Positions 1 through 8,251 of a stretch of DNA of 32,000 bases are shown one piece after another (within the stretch, counting starts at the first letter, position 1; each line of letters opens with the position of its first letter). Origin of the DNA: Candidatus Saccharimonadota bacterium (GTDB taxonomy: Bacteria > Patescibacteriota > Patescibacteriia > 2-12-FULL-60-25); NCBI GenBank assembly GCA_022843095.1, contig JALHOH010000002.1, forward strand, positions 450,001 through 482,000, written 5' to 3'. Below the pieces are notes generated by a model, which saw only the letters and a program-made list of their open reading frames with translations, was not told the DNA's origin and did not search any database. Both the position numbers and the translations under genes were made by a program.

Positions 1-113
1 TCCCGCGTTCGCACCGGAAGATACGGTGCCCCAATTCCAACCCCCACAAAATACCGCGCAAATAGTCCCAGCGCGCCAAGAATCACCAACAATTGGAGCA
101 AATCAATCCACAT
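1..113 (-). CDS. membrane-anchored class I SAM-dependent methyltransferase paralog (5' part only, continues beyond window start)
   Basis: ATG at 113-111, 2 nt after the stop of the upstream methyltransferase. Hand translation gives MWIDLLQLLVILGALGLFARYFVGVGIGAPYLPVRTR. That is the same TM helix plus GAP[FY]LPVR layout as the N-terminus of the 116-631 product. It is truncated by the window edge, so it is absent from the ORF track. Confidence 0.45.
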   Translation of the reverse strand, partial: MWIDLLQLLVILGALGLFARYFVGVGIGAPYLPVRTR

Positions 114-115
114 AC

Positions 116-631
116 TTACGACGGTCGCGTATACACGCGTACCTGCCCTTTGGATCCGATCTCTCGCCAACGCGGGGCACGAAACACAAACGAAACGAAG
201 GTCACATGCTTTTGTGTCGTGACATCCAACAGATCCACGATCTTCGGCATGATCGTCCCAAGCGCAAACGCCGTCACGATCGTCGCCTCTTGCAAATTTG
301 CATCAAAAAAATTGCGTCGATAGACCACGGCGCGATCCCCGAACCGTCGCAACCGCCATCGCGCAATCCCCGCCAAAATGGGATTTACTTCATACCCAAC
401 AACTCGCGCGCCCCGTTCTGCCGCGGCACACAGCACGCGTCCATCTCCGCATCCCATATCCACGACCACATCCGCCTCCCCTACGGGAACCAACGATAAA
501 AAATCCCGGATGTCCTTCTGCCGAACCGGCAAAAACGGCGCGCCCTTCCCACCTCCCATGAACCAAAACGCAAGCACGCCTAAAACACTCCACAAAACCA
601 CTAACACCAAGACACCAACCCAAGAGGCCAT
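116..631 (-). CDS. membrane-anchored class I (7-beta-strand) SAM-dependent methyltransferase
   Basis: 171-aa ORF. It has an N-terminal hydrophobic helix (WVGVLVLVVLWSVLGVLAFWF), a GAPFLPVR motif, SAM-binding motif I VVDMGCGDGRV and post-I GYEVNP. It lies 8 nt after the preceding gene on the same strand. Confidence 0.8.
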   Translation of the reverse strand: MASWVGVLVLVVLWSVLGVLAFWFMGGGKGAPFLPVRQKDIRDFLSLVPVGEADVVVDMGCGDGRVLCAAAERGARVVGYEVNPILAGIARWRLRRFGDRAVVYRRNFFDANLQEATIVTAFALGTIMPKIVDLLDVTTQKHVTFVSFVFRAPRWREIGSKGQVRVYTRPS

Positions 632-639
632 GTACGTCG

Positions 640-2175
640 TTAGTTAAACACCTCTGACCACAGAGAAAAGTCTTTCTGGAACTCCGCCACCGTAGCTCGA
701 TAGGCCGGCACCTCCATGAGCGTTCCCCACACATATTCACGAAACCAAGGATCTGCCTTAAAACGGAGGAAAAGTGGGATCAGATCCACAACACGCTTTT
801 CTTGAAGTAACCCTTCCGCAAGCGGCAGAAGGGTGAAATCAAAAGAACCGAGCGCCTCTCTCGTTCCTGGATCTGGATCTACGCATGTTAGAAGAATATC
901 AAGCGCGAGGGTAAAATCTCGCCCTTGAAGCGCTCTTGTAAACGCATTATTGATCCGATGATCCTCGTCTGCCTCAATAAATTCGCCACTTATTCGCGCA
1001 CGATCTCCTCCAAAAAAAAGGCGTATTGTCCGAAGCGCTTCGGCAACCTTTTGGGAGGAGAGGAGTTGCTGAATGGCGTACGCCCCTTCGGATTCGAGCT
1101 GTTCCGCACTCTGTCCAGAAAGTACGCCAAAATGAAACGCGCCCAATGGATCCTCCTCCTCGAGAAGCAAACGCTCCATCTCCGCTGAAGCGAGGGCGGT
1201 CAGCTCCTCGTCCCGTACAGAATAACGCTCGCGAAGCTTCGATGCGCTCGTTATCCATCCCTCGCGTAGCTCCCTTTTTATCGCCTCGATCACCGCAGCA
1301 TGAAACTCCGCCTCCGTGAAAGAAAAATACTCGCGGAATTCCTTGGCTCTCTCAAACTGAAGACTTCGAAGTAAGGTCACCGCCCCTTCGGAAGCAGCCT
1401 GTTTCAGCGCATCCTCAGGCACCTCATAGTCATCGCGTATTCGAATTGCGCCACGTAATGCCCCAACACGAATTGACTGTTGCGCGCCCGTTTTTGCCTC
1501 CTGCCTCAACGCCCGGTAAGGAATGCTATAGACTTCGCTCATTGCTTCCGCATCCGACACTCGTCCTGCACGCATTGCCGCGCACGCCCCTTCTTCTGCT
1601 AATGCTGCGAATTCTGCCTCAGGGATCCGAAATCGCGCTTGAAGGACTTGAGCGTTCTCCCAATCCCCTTTTTTCATCGCTGACCGAACAGCCTCCTGAC
1701 CCGCCATCATATACACCTCCTCTGAAACACTGAATTCCTGTCGGATTCGATCCGCAAATTGGATAGCTCCATCCTTTAACGCCGCACGCACCCCTTCTTC
1801 CGCAAACGGCGCTAGGAATACATTTGAAAAACCAAATGCATCTCGTAGTGGGAATACGCCATAGATACGCCCCTCCTGCAGCATTTTCTTTGCACAACGA
1901 AGTGCCTCCGGGACAAGTGCCTCTTTTGGAATCCCATACGCTTGGCCAAGCTCTTGAGCAGCAGGAGCACCCCAGATGACATACAACCTCGCGTACACAT
2001 TCTCTTTCACGACTTCCTGGATGACAGAATCCTGCTTCGCTTCTGGAGAAGCTTTTTCTAGATTCGTTAACGCTTCACGCCACAGATCCGCTCGATCACG
2101 CTCTTGTCGCTCTGGCACCTTCGATGCCGTTTCGCGGGACATATCTTCTTCAGAATACCATATTCGGGAACCCAT
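640..2175 (-). CDS. hypothetical cytoplasmic helical-repeat protein (about ten 34-residue repeats)
   Basis: 511-aa ORF with no signal peptide or TM helix. Its ATG overlaps the stop of the upstream permease (TAATG). The 34-aa periodic repeats are read directly from the translation. I recognised no family. Confidence 0.7.
   Translation of the reverse strand: MGSRIWYSEEDMSRETASKVPERQERDRADLWREALTNLEKASPEAKQDSVIQEVVKENVYARLYVIWGAPAAQELGQAYGIPKEALVPEALRCAKKMLQEGRIYGVFPLRDAFGFSNVFLAPFAEEGVRAALKDGAIQFADRIRQEFSVSEEVYMMAGQEAVRSAMKKGDWENAQVLQARFRIPEAEFAALAEEGACAAMRAGRVSDAEAMSEVYSIPYRALRQEAKTGAQQSIRVGALRGAIRIRDDYEVPEDALKQAASEGAVTLLRSLQFERAKEFREYFSFTEAEFHAAVIEAIKRELREGWITSASKLRERYSVRDEELTALASAEMERLLLEEEDPLGAFHFGVLSGQSAEQLESEGAYAIQQLLSSQKVAEALRTIRLFFGGDRARISGEFIEADEDHRINNAFTRALQGRDFTLALDILLTCVDPDPGTREALGSFDFTLLPLAEGLLQEKRVVDLIPLFLRFKADPWFREYVWGTLMEVPAYRATVAEFQKDFSLWSEVFN
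1018..2037 (-). repeat. protein-level tandem array of ~10 x 34-residue helical repeats (aa 47-386 of the 511-aa product)
   Basis: Cutting the protein every 34 aa from residue 47 gives units ending ..GQAY, ..RDAF, ..RQEF, ..QARF, ..SEVY, ..RDDY, ..REYF and ..RERY. Two more degenerate units follow. E-G/A recurs at positions 13-14 and units often start [SRE]-hydrophobic-[PST]-E. Confidence 0.65.
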
Positions 2176-3413
2176 TACTCATACCGGAGCGCCTCGATCG
2201 GGTTCAGGCGTGCGGCTTTGCGCGCAGGAAAAAATCCAAAGACAATCCCAATCGCGGCAGAAACACCAAACGCGACCATCATCCCGTTCCACGGCATCAC
2301 AAACGACCATCCATCTTGAAACCGCGAGATAATTTGAATCGCAAGTGCAGAACAGGCCACACCGAACAGAATCCCAAGAATCCCGCCGACGACCGTAAGC
2401 ACGACCGCCTCGGCAAGAAACTGCCCCAACACGTCCCGTTGCCGCGCGCCGATAGATTTACGCAAACCGATTTCCGACGTGCGTTCGGTCACCGTCACAT
2501 ACATGATGTTCATGATTCCGATCCCCCCAACAACAAGCGAAATAGCCGCGACAGACCCGAGCAAAATCTGCAAAATCTGTCCGATCGTATTCGCATTTCG
2601 GGCTGCATCTTCTTGCGAATTCACCTGAAAATCGTCCTTTGCCAGATCCCCGGTCGGATTATCCAGCCGATGCGTGTCGCGCAGCACCAATCGAATCTCC
2701 TCTTTGGCACGAGCGGGCGAAATCCCTTCCGGAAGCACGGAGATGAAATTCAATCGGTTGCGATTATACTGCCGCATCGCTGTCGTAAATGGGACGTACA
2801 GCACGTCATCCAACTTCGTAAAAAACCGGGTCCCGGCTTTCTGCATGACCCCTACCACGCGATAATTTTGCCGCTTTATTTTGATCAATTTTCCCACCGC
2901 CTCATCAGGATCACCAAACAAGCGCCGCGCCACCTCAAGTCCCAGCACCACGACACGAGACTCCGCGTCGATATCCTCTTCTAACAGAAATCTTCCGTGC
3001 AGAACGCCTGACGGAAAAATAGCGATTTCATCCGGCGTCGACCCGTAAATCTGTCCGAACAACGTCTCCGATTCGTAGGTCACGATATCCGACAAAATAA
3101 CGGTCGCATTCGCGTGACGCACCCAAGGCTTGCGATGCAATTCGCGATAATCGCGCTCGGTCAGCGACTGTTTTTGCAGTAAATTCGGCGGACCCCGCTG
3201 TTCATCCGCCCCGCTTCCATTCGCCACAAACAACACATCCGGTCCAAACGATGCCACCTGGGACAACAAATACTTTTCCGCAGCCTCGCCGATCGCCACC
3301 ATCAAAATCACCGAAGCGATCCCAATCACAATCCCGAGCGTGGTGAGCAACGCTCGTCCGCGCGTGCGGAGAATGTTTCCTAGAGAAACATGAAGTAAAT
3401 CCCGGAAACGCAT
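2175..3413 (-). CDS. ABC transporter permease, MacB/FtsX type (permease 2)
   Basis: Start chosen at MRFRDLLHVSLGNILRTRGRALLTTLGIVIGIASV, 1 nt after the upstream stop. It shows TM1, a large extracytoplasmic domain and a C-terminal FtsX region (GGIGIMNIMYVTVTERTSEIGLRKSIGA ... FFPARKAARLNPIEALRYE). Confidence 0.9.
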   Translation of the reverse strand: MRFRDLLHVSLGNILRTRGRALLTTLGIVIGIASVILMVAIGEAAEKYLLSQVASFGPDVLFVANGSGADEQRGPPNLLQKQSLTERDYRELHRKPWVRHANATVILSDIVTYESETLFGQIYGSTPDEIAIFPSGVLHGRFLLEEDIDAESRVVVLGLEVARRLFGDPDEAVGKLIKIKRQNYRVVGVMQKAGTRFFTKLDDVLYVPFTTAMRQYNRNRLNFISVLPEGISPARAKEEIRLVLRDTHRLDNPTGDLAKDDFQVNSQEDAARNANTIGQILQILLGSVAAISLVVGGIGIMNIMYVTVTERTSEIGLRKSIGARQRDVLGQFLAEAVVLTVVGGILGILFGVACSALAIQIISRFQDGWSFVMPWNGMMVAFGVSAAIGIVFGFFPARKAARLNPIEALRYE

Positions 3414-3414
3414 A

Positions 3415-4629
3415 TTACTCGCGACGAAGTGCCTCAATGGGATTAAGCAGGGCGGCACGACGTGCAGGGAAATACCCGAACACAAGCCCGATCACGGCGG
3501 AAACGACAAGCCCAAGCACGACGCCGCGCGTAGAAACCTGAAACGTCCAGCCCGTTTGGACGGTCGAAATCCCTTGAATCGCAAGCCAGGTAAAGAACAC
3601 GCCAAGCGTGATCCCAACAACGCCACCGATGGAGGTCAGCGTCATCGCCTCCACGATGAACTGCCCGCGAATGTCATTGTTGGTGGCCCCGATGGATTTT
3701 CTGAGTCCAATCTCACGCGTCCGTTCTGTCACCGTGACGTACATGATGTTCATGATCCCAATCCCTCCCACCAAAAGCGAGATCGCGGCGATAGAGGTCA
3801 GCAAAATCTGAAGAATATTGGTAATTTCGGAGGCGCTTTTAACGAAATCCTCTTGGGTTTGGACATTAAAATCATCTTCATCCCCAAGAGAAATGTTGTG
3901 TAAATCACGCAATTCATCCCGGACGCGCCAAATCGCCTCTCCAACAGGGATAGCGGACTTAAAAGTCATCGCCATCAAATACTTTCGATTGTAGAGATCC
4001 TGCGCCGAACTAACGGGGATGTAGACGTTCTTGTCGATGTTCTCAAACCCGCGCGTCCCCGAACGTGGCATCACCCCGACCACCCGAAAGTTCTGCCGGT
4101 TAATGCGGACCACCTGACCCAATGGATCCGTCTGTCCAAATAACGTCACCGCCACTTCATATCCAAGCACAGCGACCTTCGATCGTTCATCCACGTCTTC
4201 CCACTGCAAGAACACCCCGCGTTCCGGCTCCAGTTCATAAAACACGATCTCATCCGGGGTCGTTCCCGTCACTTTTACTCGCGTAATCTGACCATTCGCC
4301 TGCACCTCATCGTTTTGCTCAACCGCCCCGATGATGGCACGCACCCATTCCTTGGTACGAAGCGCCTTCAAATCACGAATCGTCAGCGATTCTGTGGTAA
4401 ACGCAGACGGGACCCCATCCCCTTGCGGCGGCCCGTTAAGGATGATGACCAGATCCGACCCAAACGACTGAATCTGCCCCAAAATAAACCTCTGCGCAGA
4501 CTCCCCGATCGACAACACCAAGATCACCGACATGATCCCGATGATGATGCCGAGCATGGTGAGCGCACTTCTCCCCTTCGTTCGCCGAAGACTCTGAAGA
4601 GCGCTCGAAACAAGGTCGCGCAATCGCAT
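3415..4629 (-). CDS. ABC transporter permease, MacB/FtsX type (permease 1, paralog of 2175-3413)
   Basis: Start chosen at MRLRDLVSSALQSLRRTKGRSALTMLGIIIGIMSV, 1 nt after the ATPase stop. Architecture and motifs match the neighbour (GGIGIMNIMYVTVTERTREIGLRKSIGA ... YFPARRAALLNPIEALRRE). Confidence 0.9.
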   Translation of the reverse strand: MRLRDLVSSALQSLRRTKGRSALTMLGIIIGIMSVILVLSIGESAQRFILGQIQSFGSDLVIILNGPPQGDGVPSAFTTESLTIRDLKALRTKEWVRAIIGAVEQNDEVQANGQITRVKVTGTTPDEIVFYELEPERGVFLQWEDVDERSKVAVLGYEVAVTLFGQTDPLGQVVRINRQNFRVVGVMPRSGTRGFENIDKNVYIPVSSAQDLYNRKYLMAMTFKSAIPVGEAIWRVRDELRDLHNISLGDEDDFNVQTQEDFVKSASEITNILQILLTSIAAISLLVGGIGIMNIMYVTVTERTREIGLRKSIGATNNDIRGQFIVEAMTLTSIGGVVGITLGVFFTWLAIQGISTVQTGWTFQVSTRGVVLGLVVSAVIGLVFGYFPARRAALLNPIEALRRE

Positions 4630-4630
4630 G

Positions 4631-5359
4631 TTATTTGAGCTCTTTTCCGTTTGCCGTTGCCCGACGATGCGGCATCGGTTCATCCGCAACCAATAAACCG
4701 TCCTTCAAACGCAACACGCGTTCAGAATATTCCGCAGTGTACGTTTCGTGCGTCACCAAGATGATGGTGTGGCCGTAATCATGGTTCAACGTCCACAACG
4801 TATCCATCACGATCGCTCCGGATTTGGAATCCAAGTTCCCCGTTGGTTCATCGGCAAAAATGACGGGTGGCTTCCGGACAAGCGCACGCGCAATCGCCAC
4901 ACGTTGACGTTCTCCACCGGAAAGCTGGTTGGAAAGATTGTTCATGCGATGTCCAAGCCCTACGATCTCGATCGCCTCTTTCGCCATCGCATCACGTTTT
5001 GATGCGGGAACATTGGAGTACAGCAACGGCAACTTCACGTTTTCCAGCACAGACGTCTTTGGAAGCAGGTTAAACGCCTGAAAGATAAACCCCACGCTTT
5101 CGCCACGGGTACGTGCCAATTCATCCTCCGAAAGAGATGAAACGTTGCGGCCGTTAAACAAATACTCTCCACCGGAAAGCGCATCCAAAAACCCAAGAAT
5201 GTGCATGAGGGTCGACTTTCCCGATCCGGATGGCCCCATGATCGATACAAACTGCCCTTCCGGAATCGTAAACGAAAGCCCATGGAGCACCGGGGTTTCC
5301 ACCCCTTCGTTCACATAGGCTTTCGTCAGATTTTTCACCTCAATCATCGCCTTTTTCAT
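4631..5359 (-). CDS. ABC transporter ATP-binding protein (MacB/LolD-like)
   Basis: Walker A GPSGSGKST, Q-loop, signature LSGGERQRVAIARAL, Walker B VIFADEPTGNLD and H-loop VTHE. Confidence 0.95.
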   Translation of the reverse strand: MKKAMIEVKNLTKAYVNEGVETPVLHGLSFTIPEGQFVSIMGPSGSGKSTLMHILGFLDALSGGEYLFNGRNVSSLSEDELARTRGESVGFIFQAFNLLPKTSVLENVKLPLLYSNVPASKRDAMAKEAIEIVGLGHRMNNLSNQLSGGERQRVAIARALVRKPPVIFADEPTGNLDSKSGAIVMDTLWTLNHDYGHTIILVTHETYTAEYSERVLRLKDGLLVADEPMPHRRATANGKELK

Positions 5360-5371
5360 GAGACCAAACGG

Positions 5372-7201
5372 TTACGGCGTTGCTGACTCTCCGGTAATCA
5401 CAAGCTGACCTTCATTCACCCCCTTCGTGACCTCGACACGCCCTTCATCTCCGCGGAGCCCTACTTCGATCTGAATCTCAATGGCTCGATCCCCCTCCAA
5501 GACACGGATCGCGCGCGTGCCGTTCCTTCCACGGATGGCGCGGCTCGGGATGTAGAGCGCGTTTTCTTTACGCCCCGTCTCCACGGTCAGGTTCGCCGTC
5601 ATCCCAGGCTTCACGTCGCGCCCAGACGGATCAATGGTGACATACGTCTTGTAGTAGATCGCATCCTGCACCTTGGTTTGGTCTGGATTTTCGGCGATCA
5701 CCTTCCCCGTAAATTTCACGTCATCCCCATACGCATCCAACGTCACCTGAACGGGCTGACCCGGCTCGACACGGGCGATGTCCGCCTCAGGCACAAGCGC
5801 TTCCACCGTGTACTGATCCGCGTTCACAAGCACAACCGCCATGGCGTTGGGTGCGACCTGTTCGCCCAATTCCGGTCCGATGTCCGCCACAATGCCATCC
5901 ACGGGGGCAAAAATACGTGCATCGTTGATGCGATCCTGCGCCTGCGCAAATGCCACTTCCGCATCCTGCACCTGCGCACGCAGCGAAGCGACGTCCACCG
6001 AACGCGGTGGCGCGATCTTGAGCGCGAGGGAAGCCTCCGCAGACGAAAGCGCGGCACGCTGAATCGCCAAATTCGTTTCCGCGGTTTTAACCTTCGTCGT
6101 CCGATTGGCGTTCGCGATCTGAAGGTTTTGTTCTGCGGTCTTCACGGCATTTTCTAGCGTCGAAAGATCGCTTGAATCTTTCAATTGCGCCGTCGTGAGC
6201 GCCTGGATCCCTGCCGTGACGTTCGCAACCTGCGCCCCCATGTTCGTGCGATGCCCCTCGAGGGTTGTTTTTCGGCTCGCCTGCTCGTTCAAGGTCAACA
6301 CGCTATTGTTCACGGACGCTGCGAGCACACGCAACGCCTGCTCCACAGACTGCTGGTTCTTGGCAAGCGATGCCTGCACCGTCGCCCCTACGGAACGCAA
6401 CGTCTCAACTGTCGGCGCCGAACCAAGCGACTTCACCGCCGCATCTGCCGTCACACGCGCCGCTTTTGCCTCGCCGTACAACGTTTTTGCTTGCAGGAGC
6501 GCCCCGGTATCCGTAATGCCAAGCACCGCCTCAAATCCATCGTTTGCAGGACCGTTATCCACCCCAAGCAACAGGTCCGTATCAAACAAGGCGTTCTGCA
6601 TCGCGCCGACGGCTGTCACAAGCGTGTTCTTGAGAGATTCTTGCGCATCCTTCACCCCTTTCCCCGTGGACAGCTGCCCATTCTGAAGATTCAGCCGCGC
6701 CGTTCCAAGGGCGATTTCCGCAACGCGGTATTCATCCTCCACCGTCTGCTTCGTGATATCCAGATCGGTTTCCGCCTTCTCCACATTCGCCTTTGCCTGA
6801 TCCACGGACGCCTGCGTGATAGCCACGGATTCCTTGGTCTCTCCCGCTAACCGTGCTGCCAAATTCGCACGCGCAATGGCAAGCGCCGCCTCCGCACGAC
6901 GCGCCTGGAACCCCAAATCTCCCGCATCCAGTTCTGCAAGCAAATCCCCCTTTTTCACGCGATCGCCAACTTTCGCCTGGACCCGTTCCAGCGTCCCGGC
7001 CGTTTGAAACGCCAGCGTAATGCGCGCATCCGGCTTCATTTCTCCTGTCACCTCGACGGTCTGAATCACGTCGCCGCGCTTCACCGCCTCGGTTTCATAG
7101 GTGACAGGCGTCTCGCCTCCTCGGCCAAACACCAAGTACCCGCCGACCGCAAGGACGACCGCTCCGATCACCCATTTATTCTTCAGCCAATTGAGTTTCA
7201 T
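5372..7201 (-). CDS. HlyD-family periplasmic adaptor (membrane fusion protein) with very long helical insertion
   Basis: Start chosen at MKLNWLKNKWVIGAVVLAVGGYLVF (signal anchor). The longer ORF-track start would overlap queA. Lipoyl/barrel-sandwich halves are present (LERVQAKVGDRVKKGDLLAELD ... RIFAPVDGIVADI), followed by beta-barrel and MP-like domains. About 340 Ala/Gln/Thr/Leu-rich helical residues lie between the lipoyl halves. Confidence 0.85.
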   Translation of the reverse strand: MKLNWLKNKWVIGAVVLAVGGYLVFGRGGETPVTYETEAVKRGDVIQTVEVTGEMKPDARITLAFQTAGTLERVQAKVGDRVKKGDLLAELDAGDLGFQARRAEAALAIARANLAARLAGETKESVAITQASVDQAKANVEKAETDLDITKQTVEDEYRVAEIALGTARLNLQNGQLSTGKGVKDAQESLKNTLVTAVGAMQNALFDTDLLLGVDNGPANDGFEAVLGITDTGALLQAKTLYGEAKAARVTADAAVKSLGSAPTVETLRSVGATVQASLAKNQQSVEQALRVLAASVNNSVLTLNEQASRKTTLEGHRTNMGAQVANVTAGIQALTTAQLKDSSDLSTLENAVKTAEQNLQIANANRTTKVKTAETNLAIQRAALSSAEASLALKIAPPRSVDVASLRAQVQDAEVAFAQAQDRINDARIFAPVDGIVADIGPELGEQVAPNAMAVVLVNADQYTVEALVPEADIARVEPGQPVQVTLDAYGDDVKFTGKVIAENPDQTKVQDAIYYKTYVTIDPSGRDVKPGMTANLTVETGRKENALYIPSRAIRGRNGTRAIRVLEGDRAIEIQIEVGLRGDEGRVEVTKGVNEGQLVITGESATP

Positions 7202-7243
7202 GGAAAAAATCTTTACCCTAGTCAGACCATTCTGGCAATCCGT

Positions 7244-8251
7244 ATGGACACCTCTGCATTTGACTATTATCTCCCAACCGAGCGCATTGCGCAAAATCCT
7301 GCAAATCCACGAGAATCTGCTCGGCTTTTGGTTATGAATCGCAAGACGGATGTCCTGCAAGACCGTACCATCGCAGATCTTCCAGACCTTTTGTCGCCGG
7401 GCGATTTGCTGGTTTTTAATGATAGCAAGGTGTTTAAGGCCCGTCTCCACGCGACCCGCGAAACCACAACGTTCGAGGTGTTTCTCTTGCGACCCGTCGA
7501 ACACACGACGCAGTGGATCGCGTTGCTGCAACCCGCACGAAAACTCTCACCCGAAGACACCCTCGTCTTGGCAGACGGAACGACGGTCACCCTTCACGAA
7601 AAACGATCCGACGGAACCTGTGTGCTTGAGACGCATCGCTCTGCAGACGCGATGTTCGCGGTATGTGACACCTATGGCGAGGTCCCGACCCCGCCCTACG
7701 TCGAGCAAGGGACCGATCTGAACGCCTACCAAACAGCCTACGCAAAAACAACAGGAAGCGTGGCAGCCCCAACGGCGGGGCTGCATTTTACCCCTGCGCT
7801 CTTGGATACCCTAGAAAAACGCGGCGTCCAGCGCGTGTTTGTGACGTTGCACGTAGGACTTGGCACCTTCCGCCCCATGAAAACAGACACACTGGAAGCG
7901 CACGTGATGCACGAAGAATGGGCGCACGTTTCACAAGAAACATTGGATGCGATCACCGCAACGCGGGCACGAGGCGGACGCGTCATCGCGGTCGGAACGA
8001 CCACGGTACGCGCGCTGGAAAGCGCCTGTGGAACCCCGTTTTCGGGATACACACGGCTCTTCATTACCCCTGGACACACTTTCACTTCCTTTGATGCGCT
8101 CATCACTAATTTCCACCTCCCAAAATCCACCCTCCTCGTGCTCGTGTCCGCATTTGCCGGCCGTGAACGCACCCTAAACACCTACCAACACGCGATCGAT
8201 CAGGGATACCGCTTTTACAGTTTTGGCGATGCGATGTTGATTACGTCGTAA
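7244..8251 (+). CDS. queA: S-adenosylmethionine:tRNA ribosyltransferase-isomerase
   Basis: Start chosen at MDTSAFDYYLPTERIAQNPANPRESARLLV, the canonical QueA N-terminus. Other QueA motifs are PPYV, AAPTAGLHFT, HVGLGTF, GGRVIAVGTT and FYSFGDAMLI. Confidence 0.92.
   Translation: MDTSAFDYYLPTERIAQNPANPRESARLLVMNRKTDVLQDRTIADLPDLLSPGDLLVFNDSKVFKARLHATRETTTFEVFLLRPVEHTTQWIALLQPARKLSPEDTLVLADGTTVTLHEKRSDGTCVLETHRSADAMFAVCDTYGEVPTPPYVEQGTDLNAYQTAYAKTTGSVAAPTAGLHFTPALLDTLEKRGVQRVFVTLHVGLGTFRPMKTDTLEAHVMHEEWAHVSQETLDAITATRARGGRVIAVGTTTVRALESACGTPFSGYTRLFITPGHTFTSFDALITNFHLPKSTLLVLVSAFAGRERTLNTYQHAIDQGYRFYSFGDAMLITS

Noticed and set aside
7202-7531. N-terminal 110-aa extension of the HlyD ORF (ORF-track start at 7531), and the analogous extension of the queA ORF from 7004
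   Set aside because: The extensions overlap each other on opposite strands and lack family similarity. The internal starts give a canonical signal anchor (MKLNWLKNKW...) and the canonical QueA N-terminus (MDTSAFDYYLP...).
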